In this document: positions 25,987-35,409 of the stretch, in pieces
Layout: each line of letters opens with the position of its first letter
Position numbering within the stretch: the stretch's first letter is position 1
From: Bacteroidales bacterium
GTDB lineage: Bacteria > Bacteroidota > Bacteroidia > Bacteroidales > VadinHA17
Reading direction: 5' to 3'
NCBI GenBank assembly: GCA_036759025.1
Contig: DAIOVL010000015.1
Span: 3,676 to 67,675, forward strand
DNA length: 64,000 nucleotides
The notes under the pieces: generated by a model
The model's database searches: none
What the model saw: only the letters and a program-made list of their open reading frames with translations
What the model was told of the DNA's origin: nothing
Position numbers and translations under genes: made by a program

Positions 25987-26745
25987 TCAGAAAGTGACTT
26001 TTTCTGTAATTATCCTTTCCGAAAATGGCAGCTTCAGCCTGGTACATTCCTTGAGTGCGAGCATGGCTACCTGGTTTGCTCCCTTCAGTGAAAGGTGAGT
26101 GTCGTCCTTTCTTCCATCCGGGTATCTGTCATCAGGTAATGTCCATAGATAATATTCCCTTGAGGCCTCTTCACCGAGGGTATTCACCCACTCTTCCGTA
26201 AGCTTCTGCAGATCAATAAGGGGAACATCCATATTATCCGCCACCTCCCTGACTGACCGGGGATAATCACCATGAGTATCTGTCAGCAAACCATTGTCGC
26301 CAAACTTCCGCCGGACGATCGGTGTGAAAAGTACAGGTGTCGCTCCCCTGCCCCTTGTCTCGTTTACAAATCTCTCCAGGTTCTGCCTGTATGTCCCGAA
26401 TGGAGTTGTATAGCGGGTGGAATCATATTCCTTTTCATCATTATGACCAAACTGTATGAAAACATAATCTCCGGCTTTCAGGCTGTCGAGGACTATCTGC
26501 CACCTGTTTTCGTCTATGAAGCTTTTGGAACTCCTTCCGTTCACTGCATGATTGCTCACGATGACACCCTGATCAAAATATTCTCCGAGAATCTGGCACC
26601 ACCCTGTCTCGGGATATACTTCTTGTCTTTTATCGGCCATGGTGGAATCGCCGATTGTGTAAATTGTAAAATGAGGTTTTTCATAATTACAATCCTGTAT
26701 AATGAAAACCATCGTCAGCAGTAAAATGAATCTGGTTGGTTTCAT
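25987..26745 (-). CDS. SGNH/GDSL esterase, rhamnogalacturonan acetylesterase-like (CE12)
   Basis: 252-aa ORF with a signal peptide. SGNH blocks TIYTIGDSTMAD (I), NGRSSKSF (II), FGHNDE (III) and DDTHLSLKGA (V). Confidence 0.75.
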   Translation of the reverse strand: MKPTRFILLLTMVFIIQDCNYEKPHFTIYTIGDSTMADKRQEVYPETGWCQILGEYFDQGVIVSNHAVNGRSSKSFIDENRWQIVLDSLKAGDYVFIQFGHNDEKEYDSTRYTTPFGTYRQNLERFVNETRGRGATPVLFTPIVRRKFGDNGLLTDTHGDYPRSVREVADNMDVPLIDLQKLTEEWVNTLGEEASREYYLWTLPDDRYPDGRKDDTHLSLKGANQVAMLALKECTRLKLPFSERIITEKVTF

Positions 26746-26803
26746 CGGAAAAGGTTTTATTTTAACGAGTGCTGGTCATATAAAAATAATAAGATTTTCA
26801 TTG

Positions 26804-26836
26804 ATTCTAATAAGGAATCCTACCAGTCATTAGAAT
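26804..26836. promoter_or_regulatory. Candidate NikR operator: perfect dyad ATTCTAAT-N17-ATTAGAAT
   Basis: The half-sites at 26804..26811 and 26829..26836 are exact reverse complements. They lie 42-74 bp upstream of the nikR ATG (26878). The architecture resembles the E. coli NikR operator GTATGA-N16-TCATAC. Confidence 0.4.
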
Positions 26837-26877
26837 ATTTTATATTTTTATGTCACGAATTTCCAAAAATTAACACG

Positions 26878-27279
26878 ATGGCACTTGCCCGTTTTGGTGT
26901 GAGCATGGATGAAGAAATCCTTAAAGCCCTGGATGCCTTTGTAATTGAAAATAAACTCTCTAATCGTTCACAGGCTATCCGGCATCTTGTGGAAAAGAAC
27001 CTGGCAGAGAAAAAATGGAAGTGTAACCAGACAGTTGCAGGTGCTGTGGTTATGCTATACGACCATCATAGGGGCGAGATAACCACACGATCGAATGACA
27101 TTCAGCATAATTATCATGATGTTATACTTTCTTCGCAGCATTTTCATCTCGATAATGATAATTGCCTTGAGATAGTTGCGGTAAAAGGAGAAGCAAAAAG
27201 GCTGACAGAATTATCAGACAAGTTGATCGGCATCAAGGGGATAATTCACGGGAAACTTGTAATGAGCCGGGCCGACTGA
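26878..27279 (+). CDS. nikR: Nickel-responsive transcriptional regulator NikR
   Basis: 133-aa ORF. It has a ribbon-helix-helix N-terminus (ARFGVSMDEEILKALDAFV...NRSQAIRHLV) and a metal-binding C-domain that aligns with E. coli NikR (YDHHRGEI, QHNYHDV, HFHLDNDNCLEIVAVKG, GIIHGKL). Confidence 0.9.
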   Translation: MALARFGVSMDEEILKALDAFVIENKLSNRSQAIRHLVEKNLAEKKWKCNQTVAGAVVMLYDHHRGEITTRSNDIQHNYHDVILSSQHFHLDNDNCLEIVAVKGEAKRLTELSDKLIGIKGIIHGKLVMSRAD

Positions 27280-27340
27280 TTTTTTTTAAATGTCCGGTAA
27301 CACGTAATTATTATTCGTATCACTATATCGATATTCACAC

Positions 27341-29188
27341 ATGAAAAAAAGGCACCTTTTAGTTTTCATAACTGCTTTGATCCTGACTAATTATGGATTC
27401 TCCCAGGAAAATCATAGTATTTTAAATGACACCATTAACATTAATGAAGTTGTAATCACGGGTTCCAGGACATACGTTAACCGTAATAATGTTCCGTTGA
27501 CAGTATCAGTAGTATCGAAAGATAAGATTGAATTAAGCTCTGAATCAGCATTGTTACCGGTATTGTCGGAACAGGTACCGGGTCTTTTTGTCACAGAAAG
27601 GGGGATTACAGGTTTCGGTGTAGCCACAGGTTCTGCAGGGCATATAATGCTGAGAGGCATAGGTGGTAATCCCAATACCCGGGTTCTCATGCTGGTCGAT
27701 GGAAATCCTCAGTTTATGGGTATCATGGGGCACCCATTACCTGACACATATATTGCTTCAGATGTAGAAAAGGTTGAGGTGATAAGGGGACCTGCCTCGA
27801 CACTTTACGGGACAAATGCAATGGGTGGCGTAATCAATATTATTACAAAGGAGCAAAAAGAAGACGGATTCATGGGAAATGGCCGTATAATGTATGGTTC
27901 TTACAATACTCAAAAATATATGGTAAATGCGGGTTTCAGGAAGAAGGGTTTCAATGTTATTGCGTCTTTTAATCACGACCAGACAAAGGGTCACAGGGAT
28001 TCATCTGATTTTAGGATCAATAACGGGTATCTCAAAGCGGGTTATGAATTCAGCAGATACTTTAAGATGGAAGGAAATATTAGCCTGGCGAACTTCGATG
28101 CCACCGATCCCGGACAAGAAGGAGGATTTGCAGGCTATACATATGACATCACCCGTGGAATGAGTGCCCTCGTCTTCGACAATAAGTTTGATAAAACAAA
28201 CGGCTCCTTCAGATTCTTTTACAACTTCGGTGAGCATAACATCACCGACGGATTTCACTCAAAAGACAAAAACTACGGAATAGTTGTTTTCCAGGCATTT
28301 AATTTTTTCAGGGGAAATACTATAACATTTGGATACGATTACAAGAAATACGGCGGATTTGCCGAGAACGTTCTTGCAATGGGTGGAAATGGGATGGTAC
28401 TGGGTGATACGACTGTTTTTGAAATGGCCGCTTATGCATACATCCAGCAGGAATTATTCAGTAAGATTACATTAAATGCGGGCTTCAGGCTGGAACATAA
28501 CAACATATACGGTTATGAACCTGTACCAACAGGCGGAGTGGCATACCGGCCAACAGCCTCTACAACAATAAAGGCTTCTGTCTCTAAAGGATTCAGAAGT
28601 CCGACTATCCGCGAACTTTATCTTTTTACCCCTGCAAATGCCAGTCTGAAACCGGAAAGAATGATGGATTATGAGATCAGTATTTTGCAAAAATTACTTA
28701 TGAATAAAATTTCACTTGAACTTACCTTATATAAGGCTAATGGTGATAACCTGATACAAACGGTGATGACCGCGACCGGACCATTAAATGAAAATACGGG
28801 GGAATTCTCGAATACAGGTGTGGAATTTACCGGTTCCTTCAAACCGACTGACAAACTTACATTTAATGCAACCTGCAGTTATATTTCAATGAAAGAACTG
28901 ATCGTGGCTGCTCCTGAACAACAATTAAATCTCAGTGGAAGCTATAAACTGAAGAGGCTTAATTTTAACCTTTCCCTCCAGCATATTCATAATCTCTGCA
29001 CACAAATCTCACCATCGACATTGAAAGAAAGTTATACCCTCTTCAATTCGAGGATCTCCTGGAACATCAATAAGTCCATCGATATTTTTATCAAAGGTGA
29101 GAACCTGACCAACAGGAAATATTCCATTAACTACGGCTACCCGATGCCCGGTATTATTTTCTTCGGAGGAATAAACCTTCATCTATAA
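27341..29188 (+). CDS. TonB-dependent outer-membrane receptor (small, 615 aa; likely Ni/Co or other metal-complex uptake)
   Basis: Signal peptide. Plug-type motifs INEVVITGSR and RGPASTLYGTNAMGGVINIITK. Long beta-barrel ending GIIFFGGINLHL. It sits 61 bp downstream of nikR on the same strand. Confidence 0.85.
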   Translation: MKKRHLLVFITALILTNYGFSQENHSILNDTININEVVITGSRTYVNRNNVPLTVSVVSKDKIELSSESALLPVLSEQVPGLFVTERGITGFGVATGSAGHIMLRGIGGNPNTRVLMLVDGNPQFMGIMGHPLPDTYIASDVEKVEVIRGPASTLYGTNAMGGVINIITKEQKEDGFMGNGRIMYGSYNTQKYMVNAGFRKKGFNVIASFNHDQTKGHRDSSDFRINNGYLKAGYEFSRYFKMEGNISLANFDATDPGQEGGFAGYTYDITRGMSALVFDNKFDKTNGSFRFFYNFGEHNITDGFHSKDKNYGIVVFQAFNFFRGNTITFGYDYKKYGGFAENVLAMGGNGMVLGDTTVFEMAAYAYIQQELFSKITLNAGFRLEHNNIYGYEPVPTGGVAYRPTASTTIKASVSKGFRSPTIRELYLFTPANASLKPERMMDYEISILQKLLMNKISLELTLYKANGDNLIQTVMTATGPLNENTGEFSNTGVEFTGSFKPTDKLTFNATCSYISMKELIVAAPEQQLNLSGSYKLKRLNFNLSLQHIHNLCTQISPSTLKESYTLFNSRISWNINKSIDIFIKGENLTNRKYSINYGYPMPGIIFFGGINLHL

Positions 29189-29219
29189 GGGAAGCTTCTG
29201 TCCGAATTCACAACAAGAT

Positions 29220-29241
29220 TTCACATGTGAAGGCATATGCC
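29220..29241. repeat. Two abutting perfect palindromes TTCACATGTGAA and GGCATATGCC
   Basis: Both 29220..29231 and 29232..29241 are exact self-complements. They lie between the receptor stop (29188) and the nitroreductase start. Confidence 0.6.
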
Positions 29242-29347
29242 ACAGAAGGTTATTGTGCTTCACAGGCTGATAAAAGTGCCCCTCATTAGAACAAAATTTA
29301 TTAACTTCAACAGCATATTAAGTTACGATAATTTAAAACTCCCAGCT

Positions 29348-29917
29348 ATGAAAATCAAGTCAATTATTCTTATCTTCATTATCCTTTATGCTGGCCAGAT
29401 GTTGAGGGGACAGGCAACAGGTAACAGTGTAACCGATCTTTTACAAACATCATTCTCGGAGAGGAACTATTCCACAGTCCCTGTTACAGATCAGCAGCTC
29501 GATATTATCCTTAAATGCGGGATAAAAGCTCCCAGTGCAAGAAATCTTCAGCCCTGGCGGTTCACAGTAATAAGAGACGACTCTGCCATGAAGGAGATAA
29601 TCAGTAATGTTGTTGCCGGTAATGTTCTGATAATCATATCCGGAGCAGAGTCAGACCAACCTGGTTCGGGCTCTGCTTTTGACTGCGGGCTGGCTGTCCA
29701 AAACATGTTCATTGCTGCACACGGACTGGGTCTGGGAGCAAGGATATACGGCAGCCCGGCAGGAAATATAAACACAAAACGTGATACATACCAGATACCT
29801 GCCGGATTCAGTGCAGTGGTTGTCCTGCGGATCGGTAATGTCGAGAAGACTGTTGATGCTGCTTCCGGGGCCAGCCCCAGGAAAGAATTTAATGAGATTG
29901 TAAATTTCATGAAATGA
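29348..29917 (+). CDS. Nitroreductase-family flavoprotein
   Basis: The ORF track starts at 29237, but I prefer the ATG at 29348 (MKIKSIILIF...) or the one at 29399 (MLRGQ...). Nitroreductase signature APSARNLQPWRFTVIRD plus the C-terminal IPAGFSAVVVLRIG. Confidence 0.75.
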   Translation: MKIKSIILIFIILYAGQMLRGQATGNSVTDLLQTSFSERNYSTVPVTDQQLDIILKCGIKAPSARNLQPWRFTVIRDDSAMKEIISNVVAGNVLIIISGAESDQPGSGSAFDCGLAVQNMFIAAHGLGLGARIYGSPAGNINTKRDTYQIPAGFSAVVVLRIGNVEKTVDAASGASPRKEFNEIVNFMK

Positions 29918-30081
29918 AAGTCTTGAAGTCAAATATTTCCATAGGAAACAATAATCTGAAATGACGAAAGCGGAAAAGACATACCCTTCGAACGAATGAA
30001 GGCGGTGCCTTCGGCTACAAGGTGTGTCTCATGCAGTTAAAAGATCTTATGTTTTCCTTCCTGAGAAACAGGATAATATCG

Positions 30082-30109
30082 CCGTATTAAAATACTGCTT
30101 TTAATACGG
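30082..30109 (+). terminator. Perfect 11-bp stem hairpin CCGTATTAAAA-tactgc-TTTTAATACGG
   Basis: The arms at 30082..30092 and 30099..30109 are exact complements with a 6-nt loop. It lies between two plus-strand genes. The stem is AT-rich and there is no clear downstream T-tract, so terminator function is uncertain. Confidence 0.3.
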
Positions 30110-30405
30110 TGAAGATTTACCACAGAATGCAATCAGAATAAATATAAACAGAAACCGATAGTATAAAAATGAAAAAAGACTGTTCTACATCCTGACGATT
30201 CTCATCCGGACAGAGAACCTTTGTCCCTCCTGATCCGGGCGAAGCCCTCGACTGGATCCTTGTCCTCGATGATGCCTCCAGGAAATATCCGGCACCGGGA
30301 TCAAAGAATTTCTCAAAATAAGACATGATGGTTTTATTTAATAAATAATCATATATTGAGAAATAACTACATCAGACGATATCAATAATTCATAGAGAAG
30401 TATAA

Positions 30406-32034
30406 ATGAACATATTAAAATTACTGTCAGCCTCTCTCCTTTTAATGATTATCCCGGGAAAGTCGGAGACAACTGACAATGTACCCCTGTATTCAGTTAT
30501 CGAAATCGGATTCGAAGGTAAGCGCTACGTGGTAACCGACAATCCGGTAAGGGATATCGTGCTTCAGACCACATGGATTAATGAAGACAGCCGGAAGACC
30601 CTGACTGTATATGGTTTTTATGATGGTGACGGTTCAGGAAATCCCTCAGGTAACATTTTCAGGGTTAGATTCTGTCCGACCGAAACAGGAAAATGGACTC
30701 TCATTCGTGTCGTCTCGAACGACCGGAAGCTGAACGGCCAGCATGAGGGACTTCAGATAAATGCCACAGCTTCAGAACATCATGGATTCTGGATGCCCGA
30801 TCCTGAAAGCCCCGGCAGCAGATGGTATAAAAGAAGCGACGGCACGCATCAGTATATTACGGGAAACACAATGTATTCATTCCTGTCCGAATATTTCAGG
30901 GATAAGCCTGCAGGAGGCAACATAAGAGATGATATAATAAAGAACAGCATTTATTTTAAAAAAGTAAGGATAGGTATTACCGGCGACCGGTATCCTCATC
31001 CTTCTTCCAAACCTTTTCTTGATTTCACGGGCAATCCCACCGATGACGGGAACTATTCCCACCGTCCAAATACAGAGTGGTTTTACAACCGTCTCGACAG
31101 GGCTGTAAAGACGGGCTTTGAAAAGGATCTTATTACAGACCTGATCCTTAACGGACCCGACACAAAAGAATCGAGGTCGGTACTGAAAGCCGCCGGTAAC
31201 AATAACGATGTAACCCCCATACTAAGGTATATAGCTGCACGCTATGGCAGCTATCAGAATGTTTGGCTATGTCTGTCGAACGAATTTGACATCAAGGAGC
31301 CTTCTTTCACTCCATCACAGATAATCTCCTTTGGTGAGATCCTGCAAACCTTCCTCCCCTATCCGACTCCGGTAAGCGTTCATTCTGTAAGGTTCTGGAC
31401 GAAAGCCCTGAACACCCCTTCTCCTTCATGGTTCGATCATGTGATACTCCAGTCGAAGCTCAAAAAATCTGATCAGAGCGCTGATCATATAGAGATAAAT
31501 TTTATTATCGGCGGGGAAAACAAACCTGTCATCGATGATGAACTGGCATATGAGGGCAAGGGTGACGGATGGACTGAAGAAGATGTCGTCGAAGCATTTC
31601 TCGGAGCTTTCGCCGGAGGCGGATACGGGTCAACAGGCCATAAGCCGGCAAACAAGGAGGGGCATTACTTCTCAGGCAATTTCAAACCTGAAGAGCACAG
31701 GTCTGCCGATAATCTTCTCTGGTTCAGGGAGGTAATAGACAACGATATCAGGTTCTGGAAAATGGAGCCTGTGCCGGTAGTGAGCAGCGACAATATCTTC
31801 ATGGAGAAGTTCGACAGCCGTCTCCGCATACTCGGACTGAAAGGCGAAGAGTATGTCCTGGCAGGAAGCTTTCAGGCAAGAGTGACAGCAATACTCCCGG
31901 AAGGCAGCTGGATGATAAGCTCTTACGATTTGATCTCAATGCAGAAGAAAGTCCTGTCGGAAAAGGCAGAAGGAAGATTTGAAATCGACTTCAGCAGTTC
32001 AAGAGCACAGATGTTTCACTTAAAAAAGATATGA
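30406..32034 (+). CDS. DUF5060 + cellulase-like/DUF4038-like TIM-barrel protein (putative glycoside hydrolase, GH140/GH5-related)
   Basis: 542-aa ORF with a signal peptide. The DUF5060-like N-domain has LTVYGFYDGDGSGNPSGNIFRVRFCPTETGKWTL. A TIM-barrel-like region follows (LCLSNEFD, DDELAYEG). Confidence 0.55.
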   Translation: MNILKLLSASLLLMIIPGKSETTDNVPLYSVIEIGFEGKRYVVTDNPVRDIVLQTTWINEDSRKTLTVYGFYDGDGSGNPSGNIFRVRFCPTETGKWTLIRVVSNDRKLNGQHEGLQINATASEHHGFWMPDPESPGSRWYKRSDGTHQYITGNTMYSFLSEYFRDKPAGGNIRDDIIKNSIYFKKVRIGITGDRYPHPSSKPFLDFTGNPTDDGNYSHRPNTEWFYNRLDRAVKTGFEKDLITDLILNGPDTKESRSVLKAAGNNNDVTPILRYIAARYGSYQNVWLCLSNEFDIKEPSFTPSQIISFGEILQTFLPYPTPVSVHSVRFWTKALNTPSPSWFDHVILQSKLKKSDQSADHIEINFIIGGENKPVIDDELAYEGKGDGWTEEDVVEAFLGAFAGGGYGSTGHKPANKEGHYFSGNFKPEEHRSADNLLWFREVIDNDIRFWKMEPVPVVSSDNIFMEKFDSRLRILGLKGEEYVLAGSFQARVTAILPEGSWMISSYDLISMQKKVLSEKAEGRFEIDFSSSRAQMFHLKKI

Positions 32035-32037
32035 CCG

Positions 32038-33681
32038 ATGAAAAAGAATACCTTATTTGTGGTTGTTCTGATAATATTTTTTACTGTACCGTTGCTTCAT
32101 GCACAGAAAAGGACTTCTGATCTTTCGGGTGGTGCATGGTCTGCGGATAATGGAGATGGCACTTATACTAACCCGGTTTTGCATTCTGATTTTTCGGATC
32201 CCGACGTTGTGAGGGTGGGTGAAGATTTTTACATGACAGCCTCATCTTTCAACTGTGTTCCCGGGCTGCCGGTTCTGCATTCAAAAGACCTGGTGAACTG
32301 GGAGCTTATCAGTTATGCCCTTCCACACCTGGAACCTGCTGACCTTTTCGACAATCCTCAGCATGGTAATGGCATATGGGCACCCTGCATAAGGTACCAT
32401 AACGATGAATTTTATATTTTCTTCCCAGATCCCGATCATGGAATATATATGACAAAGACACCAGATCCTGCAGGGCCATGGAGTGAGCCTGTGATGATAA
32501 AGAAGGGAAAAGGGCTTATAGATCCTGCGCCACTGTGGGACGACGACGGAAAAGCCTATCTGGCCTATGCCTTTGCCGGCAGCCGGGCAGGAATAAAAAG
32601 TGTCCTGGTGGTCTGTACAATGAAGCCGGATGCAACCATGACGTATAATGATGAAGTGGTTGTTTTTGACGGTCATGCGGAAAACCGCACTGTTGAAGGC
32701 CCTAAATTTTACAAACGAAACGGATATTATTACATCTTCGCTCCGGCAGGAGGTGTGGCCACAGGCTGGCAACTTGCCCTCCGGTCGAAAAATGTCTGCG
32801 GACCATACGAACACAGGACCGTGATGGCTCAGGGGAAAACAAACATCAACGGTCCGCACCAGGGAGCATGGGTAACGACGGTGACCGGCGAAGACTGGTT
32901 CATTCACTTTCAGGACAAGGGGGCCTATGGCCGGGTTGTCCACCTTAATCCTGTGGTATGGAAGAACGACTGGCCCGTGATAGGATCTGATAAGGACGGA
33001 GATGGTTGCGGTGAGCCTGTCACAACTTTCAGGAAGCCTGATGTGGGAAAGACATATCCCCTTATGAATCCTCCTGTTAGCGATGAATTCGATGCTCCGG
33101 TGACAGGTCTTCAATGGCAGTGGCATGGAAACGACCAGATCACATGGGGTTTCCCATCGGGCAACCTGGGTTTCTACAGACTTAACTGCATTCCTGTTCC
33201 GGAAGGCTACAAGAACTTATGGGACATACCGAATCTTTTTCTGCAGAAGTTTCCGGCCGAAGAGTTTACTGCTGAATGCAGGCTCACCTTCAACGCGATA
33301 CACGACAATGAAAGAAGCGGGCTCGTAATCATGGGTGGTGATTATGCCTGTGTGGCACTAAGCAGGGAAAACGGCCGGATGATGTTAAGTTACACATCAT
33401 GCAGCGCTGCAGAAAAAGGTTCTGAGGAAGTAACGTCCGAGAAGGTTCCGTTCAATGGATCCACAGTATACATAAGAGTCAGTGTCAGCAGGGAAGCTGT
33501 GTGCTCATTTTCATACAGCAGCGACGGTAAAAAATATACCGGGTTCTCCAGTCCCTTCACTGCGAAACCGGGTAAGTGGATAGGTGCAAAAATCGGATTC
33601 TTCGCGTTGAGGAGCGGGATTACCAACGATGCCGGATATACGGACATAGACTGGTTCAGGGTGAGCAAACCCGGGAAATGA
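32038..33681 (+). CDS. Glycoside hydrolase family 43 (beta-xylosidase/alpha-L-arabinofuranosidase type) with a C-terminal beta-sandwich domain
   Basis: 547-aa ORF with a signal peptide. GH43 motifs NPVLHSDFSDPDVVRVGEDFYMTASSF, IWAPCIRYHNDEFYIFF and VEGPKFYKRNGYYYIF. It starts 3 nt after the previous stop. Confidence 0.85.
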   Translation: MKKNTLFVVVLIIFFTVPLLHAQKRTSDLSGGAWSADNGDGTYTNPVLHSDFSDPDVVRVGEDFYMTASSFNCVPGLPVLHSKDLVNWELISYALPHLEPADLFDNPQHGNGIWAPCIRYHNDEFYIFFPDPDHGIYMTKTPDPAGPWSEPVMIKKGKGLIDPAPLWDDDGKAYLAYAFAGSRAGIKSVLVVCTMKPDATMTYNDEVVVFDGHAENRTVEGPKFYKRNGYYYIFAPAGGVATGWQLALRSKNVCGPYEHRTVMAQGKTNINGPHQGAWVTTVTGEDWFIHFQDKGAYGRVVHLNPVVWKNDWPVIGSDKDGDGCGEPVTTFRKPDVGKTYPLMNPPVSDEFDAPVTGLQWQWHGNDQITWGFPSGNLGFYRLNCIPVPEGYKNLWDIPNLFLQKFPAEEFTAECRLTFNAIHDNERSGLVIMGGDYACVALSRENGRMMLSYTSCSAAEKGSEEVTSEKVPFNGSTVYIRVSVSREAVCSFSYSSDGKKYTGFSSPFTAKPGKWIGAKIGFFALRSGITNDAGYTDIDWFRVSKPGK

Positions 33682-33723
33682 GTATCTGATTACTGATGTC
33701 TCAGGTAAGGTTCTTTACAGGGA

Positions 33724-34341
33724 TTACCTTGACAGTTTTTCGAGAAAAGAAACTACCTGGCTATGTCCGTTATTACGGGCGAAGGTAAGAGCGTCGTCAC
33801 CGTCGACATCTTTCCGGAATGGATCAGCGCCATGATCGAGAAGTGTTTTTACGATCTCCAGCTGGCCTTCGGATGCTGCAAACATCAGTGCTGTAAAATG
33901 TTCCTCCCTGTCGGAACTGTTAACCTCTGCCTTCTTTTCAAGAAGCAACTTTACCGCTTCGGGGAAGGGACCCGATGAAGCCATCATGAGGGCTGTACGC
34001 CCATAGATATCGGCAACATTTACCAGAGCTCCTGCATCGAGGAGGTATTTCATGACCTCTGTATGGCCGTTATATGAAGCATACATAAGAGCTGTTCTCT
34101 CTTCGGCGTCGAGGGTATTCACCCCTGTTCCGTTTAAGGCAAGATCTTTTACCAAAGGCAGGTTCCCTTCGAGGGCGGCTTTATGTATTGCATTGAAAGG
34201 GACGGAAGAAGATTGTGATCTCACATAATCTACAGTTTCAGCAGCCTCACTTTTTACTGCCTTTTCGGAACTGTTTCTGCATGAAGGTGTAAATATCTGA
34301 ACAGAAACCAGTAACAGAAAAACAAGATGAGCTATTTTCAT
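33724..34341 (-). CDS. Exported ankyrin-repeat protein
   Basis: 205-aa ORF with an N-terminal signal (LVFLLLVSVQIFTPSC). It has about 4 ankyrin repeats (TALMYASYNGHTEVMKYLLDAGALVNV, RTALMMASSGPFPEAVKLLLEKKAEVN, TALMFAASEGQLEIVKTLLDHGADP, DALTFARNNGHSQVVSFL). Confidence 0.85.
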   Translation of the reverse strand: MKIAHLVFLLLVSVQIFTPSCRNSSEKAVKSEAAETVDYVRSQSSSVPFNAIHKAALEGNLPLVKDLALNGTGVNTLDAEERTALMYASYNGHTEVMKYLLDAGALVNVADIYGRTALMMASSGPFPEAVKLLLEKKAEVNSSDREEHFTALMFAASEGQLEIVKTLLDHGADPFRKDVDGDDALTFARNNGHSQVVSFLEKLSR

Positions 34342-34355
34342 TTCGTTTTCACGGA

Positions 34356-35303
34356 TTATTTTTCAAGGTCTTGTTTTTCATATTCATCCTGAAGAGCAGG
34401 AATATTTATTGCAGAGGCATCACCGGTGTGTATTATTACCCTGTACTTCAGTACAACGGGGTTATCGAGGTTAACCGGTTCACGCCCGGGATAAACAATA
34501 TTCTGCATACTTGCTCTCTGTCGCAGTATCCACGGAGCAGGGAATTCCGGCACTGAAGGATGGCACAATATTGCCACGCCGCTTTTCTCACCGCTGTTGT
34601 CATGAAAAGCGGAGATATCCATCCATCGGCCGGCTTTTATCTGAAGGTTCTGGGGTTTGACAGGTCCCTCTTCAGAAGTAAACACCGTACTCTCAGGGAG
34701 GGGGACCCTGACACAAAAGCCCCCATAACCTTTTTCGTCATCCGATCCACCTATGCGTACGCCTTCAGTAAGTGGCTTAAGCTTTATAATGAAATCTATC
34801 TTACGGATATTTGTTTCGCGGGGATATACGATCACAGACGTCTCCTCCTGAATGAACGGGGTTGTTCCGTTCTGCCATCGTGGCGATTTCCATAGAACAG
34901 TTGCGTCGAGGCGGGCTGATTTTTTCCCGGCTTTTGTTTTTACCTGTGTCACTTCCTGTTCAATGTTTTCCATCATCCATCCGTCGCCCAGGTTTGCTTC
35001 ACCGGCATATATCTGATGCCAGGCCCAGAATATGCCACGGTGGTGATAATGGTCGGCAGGAAATTCTTCTGTAAAAACATCACCCTTAAGGTTGTAAACC
35101 GGGTGAAGGTAGTTGTTAAAATATGCTTTTCCGGGAGACAGTTTTGGGGTTTTCTGATAGAAAAAAACTTTATTGCCATTTTCAGTTAGTTCAACTCCGA
35201 CAGGAGTCTCCTTGAAAGTGAATACCTGTTTGTTAAGTGAAAGCCCGCAGCAGATGACCACTGCCATAATAATCAGCGGCAGGAGGATTTTTTTGAGTTT
35301 CAT
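34356..35303 (-). CDS. Secreted PmoA-like / DUF6807 family protein
   Basis: 315-aa ORF with signal/TM LLPLIIMAVVICC. Family-like core YLHPVYNLKGDVFTEEFPADHYHHRGIFWAWHQI. This is a paralog of 54448..55491. Confidence 0.6.
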   Translation of the reverse strand: MKLKKILLPLIIMAVVICCGLSLNKQVFTFKETPVGVELTENGNKVFFYQKTPKLSPGKAYFNNYLHPVYNLKGDVFTEEFPADHYHHRGIFWAWHQIYAGEANLGDGWMMENIEQEVTQVKTKAGKKSARLDATVLWKSPRWQNGTTPFIQEETSVIVYPRETNIRKIDFIIKLKPLTEGVRIGGSDDEKGYGGFCVRVPLPESTVFTSEEGPVKPQNLQIKAGRWMDISAFHDNSGEKSGVAILCHPSVPEFPAPWILRQRASMQNIVYPGREPVNLDNPVVLKYRVIIHTGDASAINIPALQDEYEKQDLEK

Positions 35304-35409
35304 ATTTGTACTGTTAGAATTATTTGTTCCCGTTCAGGGATCATAACAGACAAATATATGGATTTTTAGTTCATCTGCTGCGGGCCTCCTTCCTGTTATG
35401 GAGCTGCGA

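Noticed and set aside
27280-27340. A possible cobalamin or other riboswitch upstream of the TonB-dependent receptor.
   Set aside because: Only 61 bp separate nikR from the receptor ATG, which is too short for a riboswitch aptamer plus expression platform. No conserved B12-box-like sequence was seen.
29237-29398. A nitroreductase with a Sec-type signal peptide (MKIKSIILIFIILYAGQ), which would be odd for an FMN enzyme.
   Set aside because: The start codon is ambiguous. An in-frame Met at 29399 (MLRGQATGNS...) would give a normal cytoplasmic enzyme, so the oddity may be an annotation artefact.
30117-30326. A 69-aa minus-strand ORF in the 488-bp gap before the DUF5060 gene.
   Set aside because: It has no recognisable motifs, an odd composition (Ser/Pro/Gly-rich, then hydrophobic) and no plausible partner gene, so it is probably non-coding. 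The gap is better explained as a promoter region plus the 30082..30109 hairpin.
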